This document shows positions 1-12,499 of a stretch of DNA of 48,090 bases, piece by piece. A model generated the notes under the pieces. The model saw only the letters and a list, made by a program, of their open reading frames with translations, had not been told where the DNA came from and searched no databases. How positions within the stretch are numbered: the first letter of the stretch is position 1; each line of letters starts with the position of its first letter. Made by a program: the position numbers and the translations under genes. The stretch is from Octopus sinensis (taxonomy: Eukaryota): contig NW_021834637.1 in NCBI RefSeq assembly GCF_006345805.1, positions 1 through 48,090 of the forward strand, written 5' to 3'.

Positions 1-245
1 CTGCATATCACCTCAATACATCTGACTAATACAGGCATAATGAGATACCCTTATCTACAGGCTGAAACAGCTGTAAGATCCATTTATATGTATTATTTTT
101 ATTGTATTATCTTACTTATTGATGTATATTGTATTATTCTGTTTTACTCCATTGATGGTCCTATTTAATTAGTCAATAAATTATATGAATTGGTATATCT
201 GTAAGTTGATGATTGTAAGGAATCTATTCCTCCATTTCCTTATTT

Positions 246-247
<2 letters not shown>

Positions 248-294
<47 letters not shown>

Positions 295-347
295 GAGAGA
301 GAGAGAGAGATAGATAGATAGATAGATAGATAGAAGATAGATAGATT

Positions 348-385
<38 letters not shown>

Positions 386-410
386 GGATAGATAGATAGA
401 TAGATAGACA
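248..410. repeat. Compound microsatellite (TA)n-(GA)n-(GATA)n
   Basis: Direct reading of tandem di- and tetranucleotide runs. Confidence 0.95.
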
Positions 411-819
411 AACAGACATAAATTTTCTCCAAAAGCCTCTTGTAATGAATATGGTTATCTGAAGATATACGTACTAAAGACTCACCTTAGTGTGTCTGTG
501 ATTCTATTAACGTGTATCCCAATAGTCACAATCCTTTGAAATCTACTCTATTCTTAATTACCTCTATACGTAATTAACCGTTTTTCATAAAAAACAGCTG
601 AAAATTACCTCTTCTCATATTTGCTCAGCCACCAAAAAGTAAAATTAAACCCAAGCAACGCCAACCCCGTCCACATCCAGCTGTCATTTACATGCATTTC
701 TAAAAGAAATTCTAACTCCTGCTGCTGATTCTAATTTACTTTTTCTTATAACATTCTTTACCAAAATAAATCTTCTGCTCAGTTTAATAACATCGTTGTT
801 ATCAAAGTTCCTGATGTTA

Positions 820-1011
820 GGGCTTGCAATTTCGGGAGTGGGATCGGTAATCGATTACATTGACACCATTTCTCACCTGGTACTGACTTTATATTGATCT
901 CGAAAGGATGAACAGCAAAGTCGACCTCAGGAGAATTTGAACCCAGAATGTAAAGAGAGACGGAATGCTGTTTAGCATTTTACCAGGCGTGCTAACGATT
1001 CTGCCAGCTCG
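820..1011 (-). mobile_element. tRNA-derived SINE family A, decayed copy
   Basis: Reverse complement reads cgagctggcagaatcgttagcacgcctggtaaaatgctaaac...gggttcaaattctcctgaggtcgactttgctgttcatcctttcg, matching the better copies at 10655 and 27358. Confidence 0.85.
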
Positions 1012-1114
1012 AGATCTTAACACCGCTGTTATAACGATAAGAAATTAATCTCAGTAATATCAAGTTGTGTGTTCGCATAAAGGTCACATGTAAAATGAGG
1101 TTCTGTCTAATACG

Positions 1115-1300
1115 CGATTCAGTCAACGGACGACTGTCATGTTGAGGCATGCAGGGTGTAATCGAAAAAACCGTGCCCAGTAATTATATTTTGAAGCCTG
1201 GTTTATTGGTTTTCATTTTGCCAAACCGGTTGCTTACAGTGACGTAAACGAACTGACATCGGTTGTTAAGCAGTGGTAAGGGACAATCACAAAAACAAAG
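1115..1300 (-). mobile_element. SINE family B, decayed 3' fragment
   Basis: tttgccaaaccg...gacgtaaac...catcggttgttaagc...gggacaa resembles the family B body at 44370-44738 and the reverse complement of 8460-8560. Confidence 0.6.
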
Positions 1301-1399
1301 ATCAACTCTTGTATATCTGAGAATAAAGATGTCTGTGACGGAGTTAGTATAATCTAACGAAATGCAAGCAGGCGGTCACGCATAAGATCTGCACGACAA

Positions 1400-1570
1400 G
1401 ACAATTCCGTTGACCAGACAGTTACTCACATACTTCGTGAAGTCAGTGACCGCATTTATACATCTGGCGCAGGCCTGGTGGTCACCAGGTAAGCCATGCA
1501 GAAAGACCATTTACAAACTACGACGACATTTTTGCTGGTGCCAAAATCGCATGCACTGTATAAATCGCTT
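1400..1570 (+). pseudogene. Possible decayed Gypsy-type integrase zinc-finger fragment
   Basis: Across a frameshift it reads ILREVSD...PGGHQ / RKTIYKLRRHFCW, resembling the GH.G..KT...LR..F.W motif. No LTR or catalytic core seen. Confidence 0.3.
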
Positions 1571-2004
1571 AGGTTTATCTAGACACAGGAGGGTGGACGG
1601 AAAAAATTCATCTGAATTATCCGGAACAACCAAGAAGTGAGAAGCGATTTGTATGAATTTCGAACCTACAGCAAGTTCTGTAAGTCACTGGAAGGTTCCA
1701 AGAACCATTGTAATTCAAACATGTAATGCTGTAATACACTTTATTTAGGGAACCATTTAGTCAAAACGTTGAACTAGTCGACAGACATCATATATGCACA
1801 CATATATATACACATATGTTTGTGTATGTTGTTATGCATCTATACACACATATACACATACACATACATACACACACGCACACGCAGTGATATACATGCA
1901 GATATGAATATATAAGTGTATAAGTCCGTGCCCCATCATATTCGCAGTCTAGGGACTGAAATTAATAAAAGCTAAAAGATGAGATATAAAGACATTATAC
2001 AATA

Positions 2005-2043
2005 TGTGAGTGTGTGTATGTGTGTGTGTGTATGTGTGTGTGT

Positions 2044-2102
<59 letters not shown>
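2005..2102. repeat. (TG)n microsatellite
   Basis: Direct reading. Confidence 0.95.
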
Positions 2103-2103
<1 letters not shown>

Positions 2104-2939
2104 ATAGAAAATAGATATAACGATTAAGAAAAAACATGAAGCATGGGAAATAAAATGAAACAAAAATGAGAAGGTGAAGGTATCTTCCATCAGCTGTCGC
2201 TCGAAGCTACTTGCAATTTCTATACTTAAATACAGGACAACTGCCATCCAGTACAACATATAGATACAAGATTCGTTTTATCGGGAAATAATGCAGTAAA
2301 AAAAAAAAGATTAAAAGATATGAGAAGTATATTTAGGTTTTTATAACAAGCAAAGCAGATGGGAATTTATTGTCTGTATCAAAGTGTACTAACCGAACAG
2401 TAAGTGTGCACAGAAGACAGAACGACGGTATGGTGCTTCGTCTTAAATAAAGCGAAATAAAACAAAGGTTAGTTATGCATAAAAGATAGATAACGTAAAT
2501 AGTTGCCAGTAATTAATAATTTGAATATTGGCCCTTCCATACAAAAATACCTGATAGATTTCGATGAAAGCCGGATAGAAAAGGAGTACAAGAAACAAGA
2601 GAGAAAGAGTCAGTTGAATTGGTTTCTTGTAAGGAATGGGAGACCAGAATCAGAGACCAGAGGAAATGGTACACATAGTGGGTAAGGTAGGCTGTAGAAA
2701 GTGGGGGGTTGAAGTGTAGAAGTGGAGGATGAAAGAGAGTTGGAAGAAAAGGGAAGGTGTAATATCTAATGAGAGAAGGAAAATAAATTGAAAAGCGTGT
2801 CTCATTTGGAGAGATTCAGTAAGAAGAATAGTGCAACGGAAAGATCTGAGTACCTTAGGGACCAAAAGAAATAAAATAGGCCAACAACGACAACAACAGC
2901 AACAACCTAAACCAAATCGACACAACCAAATAAATTCAT

Positions 2940-3764
2940 ATGTGCGTGTGTGAGAAAGAGAGAGAGAGAGAGAGAGAGTGAGTGAGTCTGTGTGCGTATG
3001 TGTGTGTGTGCGTGTGCGAGTGCATGTCTATGTATGTACATACTTAGCAATTTAATATATTTATCACTACATCACACTGTCGCTAATAATATATATATAT
3101 ATATATACATACATACACACAACATATATATATATATAAACACACATACATACATACAATATATATATATATATATTATATAATATATATATATATAATA
3201 ATATATATATATTATATATATATAATATATATATATATTATATATATATGACCTATATGTGTTTTCTGTGGGTGTTCCTGTATGTATCATAGACAAATTA
3301 CATATTTTTAAACGAAATAATTAATTATTTGCATATTACGTATTAATGTGCACACATTCTGAAAAGACACACACATATCAAAAAAACAAAAGAGCACAAT
3401 CACACACTCCCACACACATACACACCCACCCACACCCACACACACCCACACACACCCAAACACACACACAAGCATTTATGCATGCATATGTAAACGTTTA
3501 TACAAATACTAAACAGTGCAAGATACACGAGTACAAAAATACACATACATAACACTTGGAACTCTCTAGAAGTTCGATATCAACACATGCTCATACATGA
3601 TTCTGCGATTATGAATTTATGAGGCATATATGCATATATATATATATATGTGTGCGTGTGTGTGTGTGTGTGTGGTGTGTGTTTGTGTATGTATGTGTGT
3701 GTGTGTGTATGTATGTATATATATCTATATATCTTTATATATATTTACACATACACACGCACCC

Positions 3765-3806
<42 letters not shown>

Positions 3807-4015
3807 TATATATTAAATGCGGTTTAAGCTAATATACATGTTTATATATATATTATATATATATGTACACACACAATATCTATATACATATTAAATTTGT
3901 GTGTATATTATATATATATATTTGTACTTGTATTATATATACACATATAACTTATATATGTGTATGTGTGTGTATATGTGCATGTGTGTGTGTATGTGTG
4001 TTTGTGTGAGTGTGT
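2940..4015. repeat. Mixed (GA)/(TG)/(TA)/(CA) microsatellite field
   Basis: Interleaved dinucleotide runs; source of YI/HT/CV pseudo-ORFs. Confidence 0.9.
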
Positions 4016-4367
4016 TAAAACAGTAAATACATCGCCGTAATTATTTCCAATCAAAAATTCAAAAAACGCAATGCACTTCTACCGTCTATTATCGACTTGT
4101 AAATCGTCATTAAAAATGGCTATTTTGTAAATTTCTTATAACATAACATAGACCGAATAAAAAGTAAAAATATTTAATTTTCAGATTTATTTGATAAAAA
4201 CCGTACCTTAATTACATGGATGTCTAGTCATTATATATATTTTCAATAAACTAAAGTTCAGTACAGCAATATCGTAAAATTTGTTGATGTGATGGCGCGG
4301 TGTTGGCGGTGGGTTTGCGTTTAAAAGTTATGTTTTATTCAGCTTTATTAAAAGTATGTAGCATGTG

Positions 4368-4368
4368 A

Positions 4369-4453
<85 letters not shown>

Positions 4454-4789
4454 ATATACATATATACATACATATATAATATATATATATATGTGTGGTG
4501 TGTGTGTGTGTGTGTGTGTGTATGTATATATATATGTATATATTTACCCACATACATATATATATAACTATATGAATATATATGTACGTATGCGCATGTA
4601 TGTATGTATATATATGTGTGTGTGTGTGTGTGTTTGTGTGTGTATGTGTGTGGGTGAGGGTGTGTGTGTGTGCGTGTGTGTGTGTAGGTATATTCCGTTT
4701 ATATTGAAATATTTTTGCAGATACGAATGTGTAACTGTGTGCGTGAGTCTGTGTGTATGTGTATGTATGTGTAAATACATATGTTGTGC

Positions 4790-4828
<39 letters not shown>

Positions 4829-4997
4829 AATATATGTGAATATATATACATATACAAATTTTGTACCCCAAAACTATTATTGGTCGTTCTTTCTTTTTCC
4901 TTCTATTTATTCTTTGATACATTAAAACACTTTACGAAGATTTATGGTTTATATACATACTTATATACCCACACATATACACACATATATATGCATG

Positions 4998-5031
<34 letters not shown>

Positions 5032-5549
5032 AATATATTATATATATGGATATGCATATTTGTACATATACATATATACATACATACATATATATATACA
5101 TAAAAATAGTTATATATATATATATTTATACATACATATATATGTGTTTGTGTATGTGTGCCTATGGCCTTCTTATATGTCTATAAATTTTTAATTGCGT
5201 CGACACTTAATAAAAAAGAATACGACACCCCACCCGCGACTTATGTTACCACACCCTGAGATTTATAATTTATTACACCTTAATAATATATCAACATACA
5301 AATATCAAAGGACAAGCTGCTCTATACCAGCCTCTCTCTCTCTCTCTCTCAGAGTCTCTGTGTACATATATATATATATATATATAATATATATATATAT
5401 ATATAGACTATACACACACACTATATAATATATATACATGCGTATATATATATGCTTATATATATATATATATATGCATATGTATATATGCTTATATTTA
5501 TGATATAGTATATGTATATAAATATGGATTTACATATGCTATATTTCAC

Positions 5550-5580
<31 letters not shown>

Positions 5581-5586
5581 ATAATA

Positions 5587-5617
<31 letters not shown>

Positions 5618-5809
5618 ATATATATATGTATATATATGTACGAATAAATATGCTTATATTATATATATTACATGTATATGCATGTATATGCATGTATACG
5701 TGTCTGTATATATACATATACACAGATACGTATGTATATGTATACATGTATTATGTGCATATAGATATATGTATGTCTCTATAGTTATATATATATATGT
5801 TATACATAA

Positions 5810-5848
<39 letters not shown>

Positions 5849-5977
5849 AGATATATATTATATATATAATATATAAGTGTGAGAGAGAGAGAGAGGAAAA
5901 GAAGTGATAGACAGATAGACAGATAGATACATGGATAGATATGCATGTATGTATGTATATGCATCCTCCTACGCAAA

Positions 5978-6008
<31 letters not shown>

Positions 6009-6040
6009 TCATATAAGTGTTTGTATATGTGTGTCTGTAA
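4368..6040. repeat. Mixed (TA)/(TG)/(CA) microsatellite field
   Basis: About 1.7 kb of imperfect dinucleotide repeats. Confidence 0.9.
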
Positions 6041-6152
6041 CCGGTTGATGTACCATTGTCAAAATGGTTACTCTTATTTCCAGTTATTATTCGTAATACG
6101 AAACTATCACTAAACGCCTCTATAGCTGCCGCTGTTGCTGCCCCAGCTCCCC

Positions 6153-6172
6153 ACTACTACTACTACTACTAT

Positions 6173-6209
<37 letters not shown>

Positions 6210-6232
6210 GCTGTGCTGCTGCTGCTGCTGCT

Positions 6233-6293
<61 letters not shown>

Positions 6294-6313
6294 TTACTAC
6301 ACTACTACTACTA
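6153..6313. repeat. (TAC)n/(CTG)n trinucleotide repeat
   Basis: Direct reading. Confidence 0.95.
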
Positions 6314-6354
6314 TATTAATAACTAGCAATACTAGTTTTCATAGTTATTATTTT

Positions 6355-6560
6355 AAGCTGGTAGAAAATTCCAAGCACGCCGGGCAACGTGCTTAGCGTC
6401 AGTTCTCCCATTTTCGTATCTGCGTTCAAATCCTACCGAGATCGACTTTGCTTTTTATCGTCTCGCAGTCCATAAAATATGCGCTAGTTGAGCACAAGGA
6501 TGTGTCAAAATGATGCGCTTTCCCACGAAATTTCAGGGCTTGTGACCATAGATGAAAGCA
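6355..6560 (+). mobile_element. SINE family A, old copy
   Basis: agctggtagaa...agcacgccgggcaacgtgcttagc...gttcaaatcctaccgagatcgactttgc aligns to the family A head and core. Confidence 0.75.
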
Positions 6561-6880
6561 TTATTGGTATTAATGTTATTCTTCTTCTTCTTGACGTTGT
6601 TTATTATAATTATTATTGCCCCGGTAAAATCTTTTCTTCAGAGCTCTGATAATTATGATTATTTTACGAACCGAAATAGAATTACAGAAAACTATTTGTT
6701 CATTGGAAGTATATGAAAACAATATCCTTTTTTAGAATATGTTTGGAATTACACAAAAACGGTCATTTTTAAGATTTCGCTTTCTTTTTCAGTTTCTTTT
6801 GTCGCACACTTTTGGCTGACTGGTCGCGGTGATGACGAGAATTGTCCACCAAAACTGCATTGACGTTGAAATTTAGACAG

Positions 6881-6960
6881 TGTCACGTGACAGTTAGCTG
6901 GTGCTGGTTGATGGAGCCTACCAGCGAGTATTTAAAGGGATATTCGGCATTATAGTCAGT
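6881..6960 (+). promoter_or_regulatory. Candidate Pol II core promoter: E-box palindrome, TATA-like box and Inr
   Basis: tgtcacgtgaca at 6881-6892; tatttaaa at 6929; tcagt at 6956-6960, with the Inr A (6958) 29 nt after the TATA start. Confidence 0.45.
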
Positions 6961-7039
6961 CGCCCGCTGACACACGTTGACCCTGCAGCGAAGAGACCAG
7001 GGAACAGAAGGAAGGAGAAAGAAGAAATGCACTCAACGC

Positions 7040-7228
7040 CACAGCTGAAGACACCCCCGAAAGGAGGGGCCCCGCCACGTCGAAAACGGTAGAGGAGGAA
7101 GGGGCGAAACCGGACGTGATCCCTCCTGATGATGCCTTTAGCCACTGGGTCCTGTAAAGGAGCTGTTGAGGCAGCAAACCAGGAAACGCGGTTGGAATTC
7201 CTCCTGTCAAAGAAAGAAATCAAATAAA
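7040..7228 (+). ncRNA. Structured GC-rich segment with two variant hammerhead-like cores (probable Penelope-like pLTR remnant)
   Basis: CTGAAGA 7045 ... GAAAC 7106 and CTGATGA 7126 ... GAAAC 7183; GNRA-capped hairpins; AATAAA at 7223. The cores are non-canonical. Confidence 0.35.
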
Positions 7229-7319
7229 CGAATTGAAACAACAGCAACAGACATAGACAAAAGCCAGGAAAACGAAGAAAAAACTGAAGGAATTGTTTGT
7301 AGCATCAGTTGATATTCTG

Positions 7320-7566
7320 CTAATTCCTCGACTCCAATGATTGATAAGGCTGGTTACACGATGTCCATGTCGTATAAAGTGATGGAAAAGATAACAGTTT
7401 CCCTGATGGGAAGCTAGTCCATCGAATGGTTAGTCATTTACAGCCGAGCAGACTGGAGCTGCGTGAAATAAAGTCTTTTGGTGTAGAAGACGAGGCACCG
7501 TCTAGTCCGGGAATTGATACTATGTTCTTGTGAACGTGAGTGCAACGCGCTAACCACAAAACCACA
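7320..7566 (-). mobile_element. tRNA-derived SINE family C
   Basis: Minus strand gtggttagcgcgttgcactcacg...tcaattcccgg...tttatttcacgcagctccagtctgctcggctg shares its core with 43964-44206. Confidence 0.7.
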
Positions 7567-8247
7567 CAGAACAGACATTTACGAAAGCTATATTTAACAA
7601 TAAGAATAAAACTACAAAAATTAACAATGGCAATATACGGAGGTTTTTCAGGCGGAGAGTTTAATTAATGTAATAACATATAGAGTAACCTTTGTCAGTG
7701 TGTGAAGTCAAGTAGAGGCGTTGGAGAGAGGGAAGTGAAAACTGAGACGTTTTAGAAGACCTTATCACGTGAGACATTGTAGATCACAACGAAACTTGTA
7801 CATGAGAAGAAAAACAAGAAAAGTCAGCGTGAAGATTCAATTTTTCCTCAAAACTGTAACGAAATGTCCTTCACTACATAATGGGAAACGTTCTATTGAG
7901 TGATAGGAACGCAAGGCGTGATTTTGGGAAGCGGCAAATCAAGTTGCAAGCAAGCTCAAAAGTGTGACACGACCCTGCTTATACAGTTTGGGGAAGAATA
8001 AGGCAAAGAGTGAATTCCTGGAAGACTAACTCCGATACTGATCCTTGTCTTGTCTATCAGCTATGCATCGTAATATGGGTGGGTGTGTGATCAGCACAAA
8101 GATGAGGACCGGTGATGTTATCGATATGTACTCACACAAATTCATTCCACTAAATATAGATATGTATGTAAAGCAGGCAGTTACATATACAATTGCAGCT
8201 CTCTCCTTCCAGTACCAACCAATTCAATGATTCTACCAAGATTTGGA

Positions 8248-8390
8248 GGTAAGTAGCTTGCTTCCCAACCACATGGTTCCAGGTTCAGTCCCACAGCGTG
8301 GTACTTTGGGAAAGTGTCTTCCACAATAACCTCGGACCGATCAAAGCCTTGTGAGTGGATTTGGTAGACGGAAACTGAAAGAAGCCCGTC

Positions 8391-8436
<46 letters not shown>

Positions 8437-8670
8437 GTATGTGTGTGTATATGTTTTTGTAGCTGTGTTTGTCCCCTCCCACCATCGCTTGACAACCGAT
8501 GGTGGTGTGTTTACGTCCCCATAACTTAGCGGTTCGGCAAATGAGACGATAGAATAAGTACTAGGCTTGCAAAGAATAAGTCCTGGAATTGATTTCTTCG
8601 ACCAAAGGTGGTGCTCCAGCATGGCCACAGTCAGATGACTGAAACAAGCAAAAGAATAAAAGAATAAAAA
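8248..8670 (+). mobile_element. tRNA-derived SINE family B with internal (TA)n microsatellite
   Basis: Head ggtaagtagcttgcttcccaaccacatggttccaggttcagtccc (box B-like), CORE-like ttgggaaagtgtctt, internal (TA)n, and a gtgctccagcatggcc...gactgaaacaag(aaaagaat)n tail. Multiple copies in the window. Confidence 0.9.
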
Positions 8671-9681
8671 GGTAAAGCAAAAAGTACCATTAATTAACTG
8701 GGGTCCAAGAACCGATGCTGAGCGACTTTGTTTTTCTTTTCATGTTTCAGAGTTGCAGGTTACCGACTTCTACTCAGTTGTACATGCAAACATCGATGGG
8801 AGTGTGGCCTGAAAGGAAAGCTCTGTCTTGAAACCAATAAACCAGGTGTCGTCTCAAAAACTTCTGCTCCGCATCCAACCACCTGTTCTTCCTTACCGAA
8901 ATAATTCTAGCGGTATATGTTCCATGCCTGTTGGCAACTATTTGACATACTCTCTCAATTAAACACTAAAGAGATACAAATTTGCGAAACCGTTTCTTGT
9001 ATAAAGACAAGGTCAGAAATTTTGAGAGGCGGGGCACTACTCTTGAACATATTTAATTGGTAGGTGATAGGTAAAATTAATATGAGAAACTACTGGAGCT
9101 ACTCAGAGCTTTTGCAAGCACTTCTAAATATCTTGTATGGGCAGCAGGCTTCTCAGAATCACAAACATTTCATCCCTTAGCTTGTATCCTTCGCCTGAGT
9201 TGGGTAACACGAATTGAGCTAGTCTTCGCTTAGGACAAGGTTCCATTAGCGGTCTTTTATCAACCAGAACCACCTTCAGCTAGTTCCAGTTGTGATGCCT
9301 ATTTCTTTTATGGCCTTCTTCAGTTGTCTGTGTTCCAGACTTATCTTGTACATGAAATAACACACTGCCGCAGGTGGAAAGCCGCGGCAGCCGACTTCAG
9401 TGTGGAATGAGGCTGCATTTCCTTGACTAGGGCCTCATCGACTAAGTACATTACTGATATTGACTCTGACATAAAAAATGCAAATAGAATGGTTGTATTC
9501 AACAACAAATGTTCTTGCTTGAATTAATTAAGGGTACAATTGCTTAGGTCATAATGGGTTATCTTCGACTATGATTAACAGGCCTCATATCCCTTCTAAA
9601 GTTCTTATAGTCAAATTAAACGGGCTATCTATCTATCAATCTATCTCCATTCTTCCTTGTCTCTGTCTGTCTTTCTCTCCC

Positions 9682-9900
9682 TGACTAGAGTATAGAAAGA
9701 CCTCCACTGCTAGAAATAAGAGCTAAAATGCTCTAATGCTGTAGTCAAACCACATAATTTTATACATATATACAGGCAGGAACTGCAATCGTTCGAAAAC
9801 CCTATCAGTATATATGTATACAAATACGTACTTTGACAACAGCATTATAGCGTTTTGGCTCTTATTTCTAGCAATGTAGGTGTTTCTGACACCCTAGTTA
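9682..9900. mobile_element. MITE with ~68-bp terminal inverted repeats
   Basis: 9682-9749 (tgactagagtatagaaagacctccactgctagaaataagagctaaaatgctctaatgctgtagtcaaa) is the imperfect reverse complement of 9832-9900. Confidence 0.8.
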
Positions 9901-10052
9901 CATTTAGTGACAATCATAGATTTCCTTTTTAGTAAAACATTGCAAACTGCTGTCTAAATTTAATTTCTGTTTGTGTGCGTGTACGTGTGTGTGTATGTGT
10001 ATGTGTATGTGTGTGAGCGTGCGCGTGTGATACACACACACAAAAACACATT

Positions 10053-10105
<53 letters not shown>

Positions 10106-10654
10106 ACAACTATCCATCCATCCTTCCATCTATCTCTATCTGTCTATCTATCTTTTTATCTAATCTATCTCTATTTTCTACCTGCCTAACATAGCATGAT
10201 ATACACAAACACACACCCACTCACAAAAACACAAACACACACAAAAACATACATACATGTATATATATCTCGAAGACCTGAAGCCCCACGTGTGTTGTCG
10301 CTTTAAAATGCGTTTATTTAAATGTGTCCCGGTGATAAAATAACCATATCGGTTTTGCATAAGCGGACAAAGTTTCAGCTGCAGAGAACAACACTACATA
10401 CACAAAACATTTTCTTACGAAATAAATTGCTATCTTTGAAATATAATCGTAGTTTCGAGGCGTTAATTGCTTTTCTAATTAATTTTTATTTTATAGCAAC
10501 ATAGGCTTTTGTACGTTTATTTTTGTGTTGGTTTCATTTGTTTTGCTTATTCATCGTGCTTATTTCTTACTTTTTATTTTTCTTACTGTTAGCTGCAAGT
10601 TAACGAATACGATTACTGCTGAAGAAAGTAATACGATGCCGCATCTATGAAAAA

Positions 10655-11068
10655 GGTGGCGAGCTGGCAGAAACATTAGCGCGCCGGGCGAAATGCTTAG
10701 CGGTATTTCGTCTGTCGTTACGTTGTGAGTTCAAATTCCGCCGAGGTCGACTTTGCCTTTCATCCTTTCGGGGTCGATAAATTAAGTACCAGTTACGCAC
10801 TGGGGTCAATGTAATCGACTTAATACCTATGTCTGTCCTTGTTTGTCCCCTCTATGTTTAGCCCCTTGTGGTAATAAAGAAATAGGTATTTCGTCTGCCG
10901 TTACGTTCTGAGTTAAAATTCCGCCAAGGTCGACTTTGCCTTTCATTCTTTCGGGGTCTATAAATAAAGTACCAGTTTGGCACTGGGGTCAATGTAATCG
11001 ATTTAATCCGTTTGTCTGTCCTTGTTTGTCCCCTCTATGTTTAGCCCCTTGTGGGTAGTAAAGAAATA
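10655..11068 (+). mobile_element. SINE family A with two internal 183-bp units
   Basis: Head ggtggcgagctggcagaaacattagc; ggtatttcgtctg recurs at 10702 and 10885; each unit carries box B-like gagtt(c/a)aaattcc. Confidence 0.92.
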
Positions 11069-11319
11069 TATATACATACGTGTGTAGGCGAGCACGAGTA
11101 AGTATGTATGTATGTATGTATGTATGTATGTATGCATATATGTATGTATGTGTGTGCATGTATATGCGTACATGCTGGGTTATGTATGATTGTATAGATC
11201 TGTTTGCCTCTCTCTCTCTCTAACTACCTATCTATCTCTCTAACTCTCTATATTTATGTATGTATATGTAGTTATGTGTATCTATATCTACATGTATATA
11301 TATATATACGTGTTGGAAA

Positions 11320-11545
11320 CAAGTTATGGTGACGTCAATGAAGGGATACTGGTTGTCAGGCACCGGTGAGGCACAAATACAAACTTAAAACACAGACATT
11401 GATGCGCATACATTTATACATACATACCTAAATGTACACGATGGACCTCTCTCCGATTACCGCCTACGAAATCTACTCACAAAGATTTTGTGAACTCGGG
11501 ACAACAGCGGAAAACCTTCAAGGTATAGCGCATCGTTTCTGAAGC
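11320..11545 (-). mobile_element. SINE family B, old decayed copy
   Basis: gttatggtgacgtcaa...ggttgtcagg...gcctacgaaatctactcacaaag matches family B in reverse orientation. Confidence 0.55.
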
Positions 11546-11571
11546 TAGAGTAATATTTTTAGGAGGCTTTT

Positions 11572-12441
11572 AACACATCAATAAGTATCCGGACTGTTGC
11601 CATAGTAACGAAGCTAAATCAATTAGGGTGTATCCGCTTGACAAAGATTGACCTTGAGCTCTGTTGTGCATGCGCACTTAATTTTAGCGTTGTACCTCAC
11701 TTCCGCTGTTTATAGCAGTGCTTGGAAGGATGGTGTGTAGCATGTGATTGTCGCAGTGACCATGACAGATAAAGTTGTTATGGTGATACCTGCTCAGAGG
11801 CCTACGCAACGTTGCAGTAATGTGTCGAGTGGGGTGCATGAACCGCCCACAAGTGTACGAGCGTGTCAGCCGTTTCATAGATGGTCGATAAAATGGCGAT
11901 ATTGACGAATATACTGGGAATGCACCAAAACTGAGAAAAACATTTCAGATGTGCGTGCAGCTGTGTAGGGAAGTCGTCGAATTACCATCCATGAGTTATC
12001 AGAGAATGTGCAGATTAGTTACGGTTCAGTTCAGTCCATTATCACTGAAGATTTGAGTATGAGACGCGTGTCGGCTAAGTTTGTGCCAAAATTGCTTTCA
12101 GCTGAGCAAAAGGACATTCCGACTTCAGTTGCTCAAGATCTCCTTGATTGTGACAGGAACGATGAAAACGTTTTGAAAAACTTTGTGTATCCCTCTGAAA
12201 AGATATCACCAAGCTTTTGGCAAAATTTGATGCAAATTCTCTGCTCAACTCTCTCTGTCATCGTCAATGCGACGATCACACGCTACACACGTTCCTTCCA
12301 AGCACTGCTGTAAACCGCGGAACTGAACCAGAACGTTAAACCTTAGTGCTTGCTCATGCATAACAGACTTTAAGGTCAACCTGTGTACTCCAGCTTCGTT
12401 ACTATGGTAACAGTACGGATACATATTCGTCAGAACACGTA
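11572..12441 (+). mobile_element. Mariner-derived fold-back element (two left ends in inverted orientation)
   Basis: 11581-11776 is the imperfect reverse complement of 12246-12427; the right end terminates cacg-TA at 12440-41; it encloses a transposase N-terminal fragment. Confidence 0.85.
11762..12180 (+). pseudogene. Mariner transposase N-terminal fragment (HTH plus WVPxxL-type linker)
   Basis: Frameshifted MNRPQVYER..RF.DGR, then RRITIHELSENVQISYGSVQSIITEDLSMRRVSAKFVPKLLSAEQKD. Confidence 0.85.
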
Positions 12442-12447
12442 TGTATG

Positions 12448-12491
<44 letters not shown>

Positions 12492-12499
12492 GTATGCAA

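Noticed and set aside
459-530. Hammerhead-like CTGAAGA with gatatacgt/acgtgtatc stem (similar ctgaggatatacgta at 23312)
   Set aside because: The GAAA half of the core is absent (ccaatagtc); at most a dead Penelope-like remnant.
8725-8900. Possible exon after ttttcttttcatgtttcag
   Set aside because: No convincing donor site or recognisable peptide in any frame.
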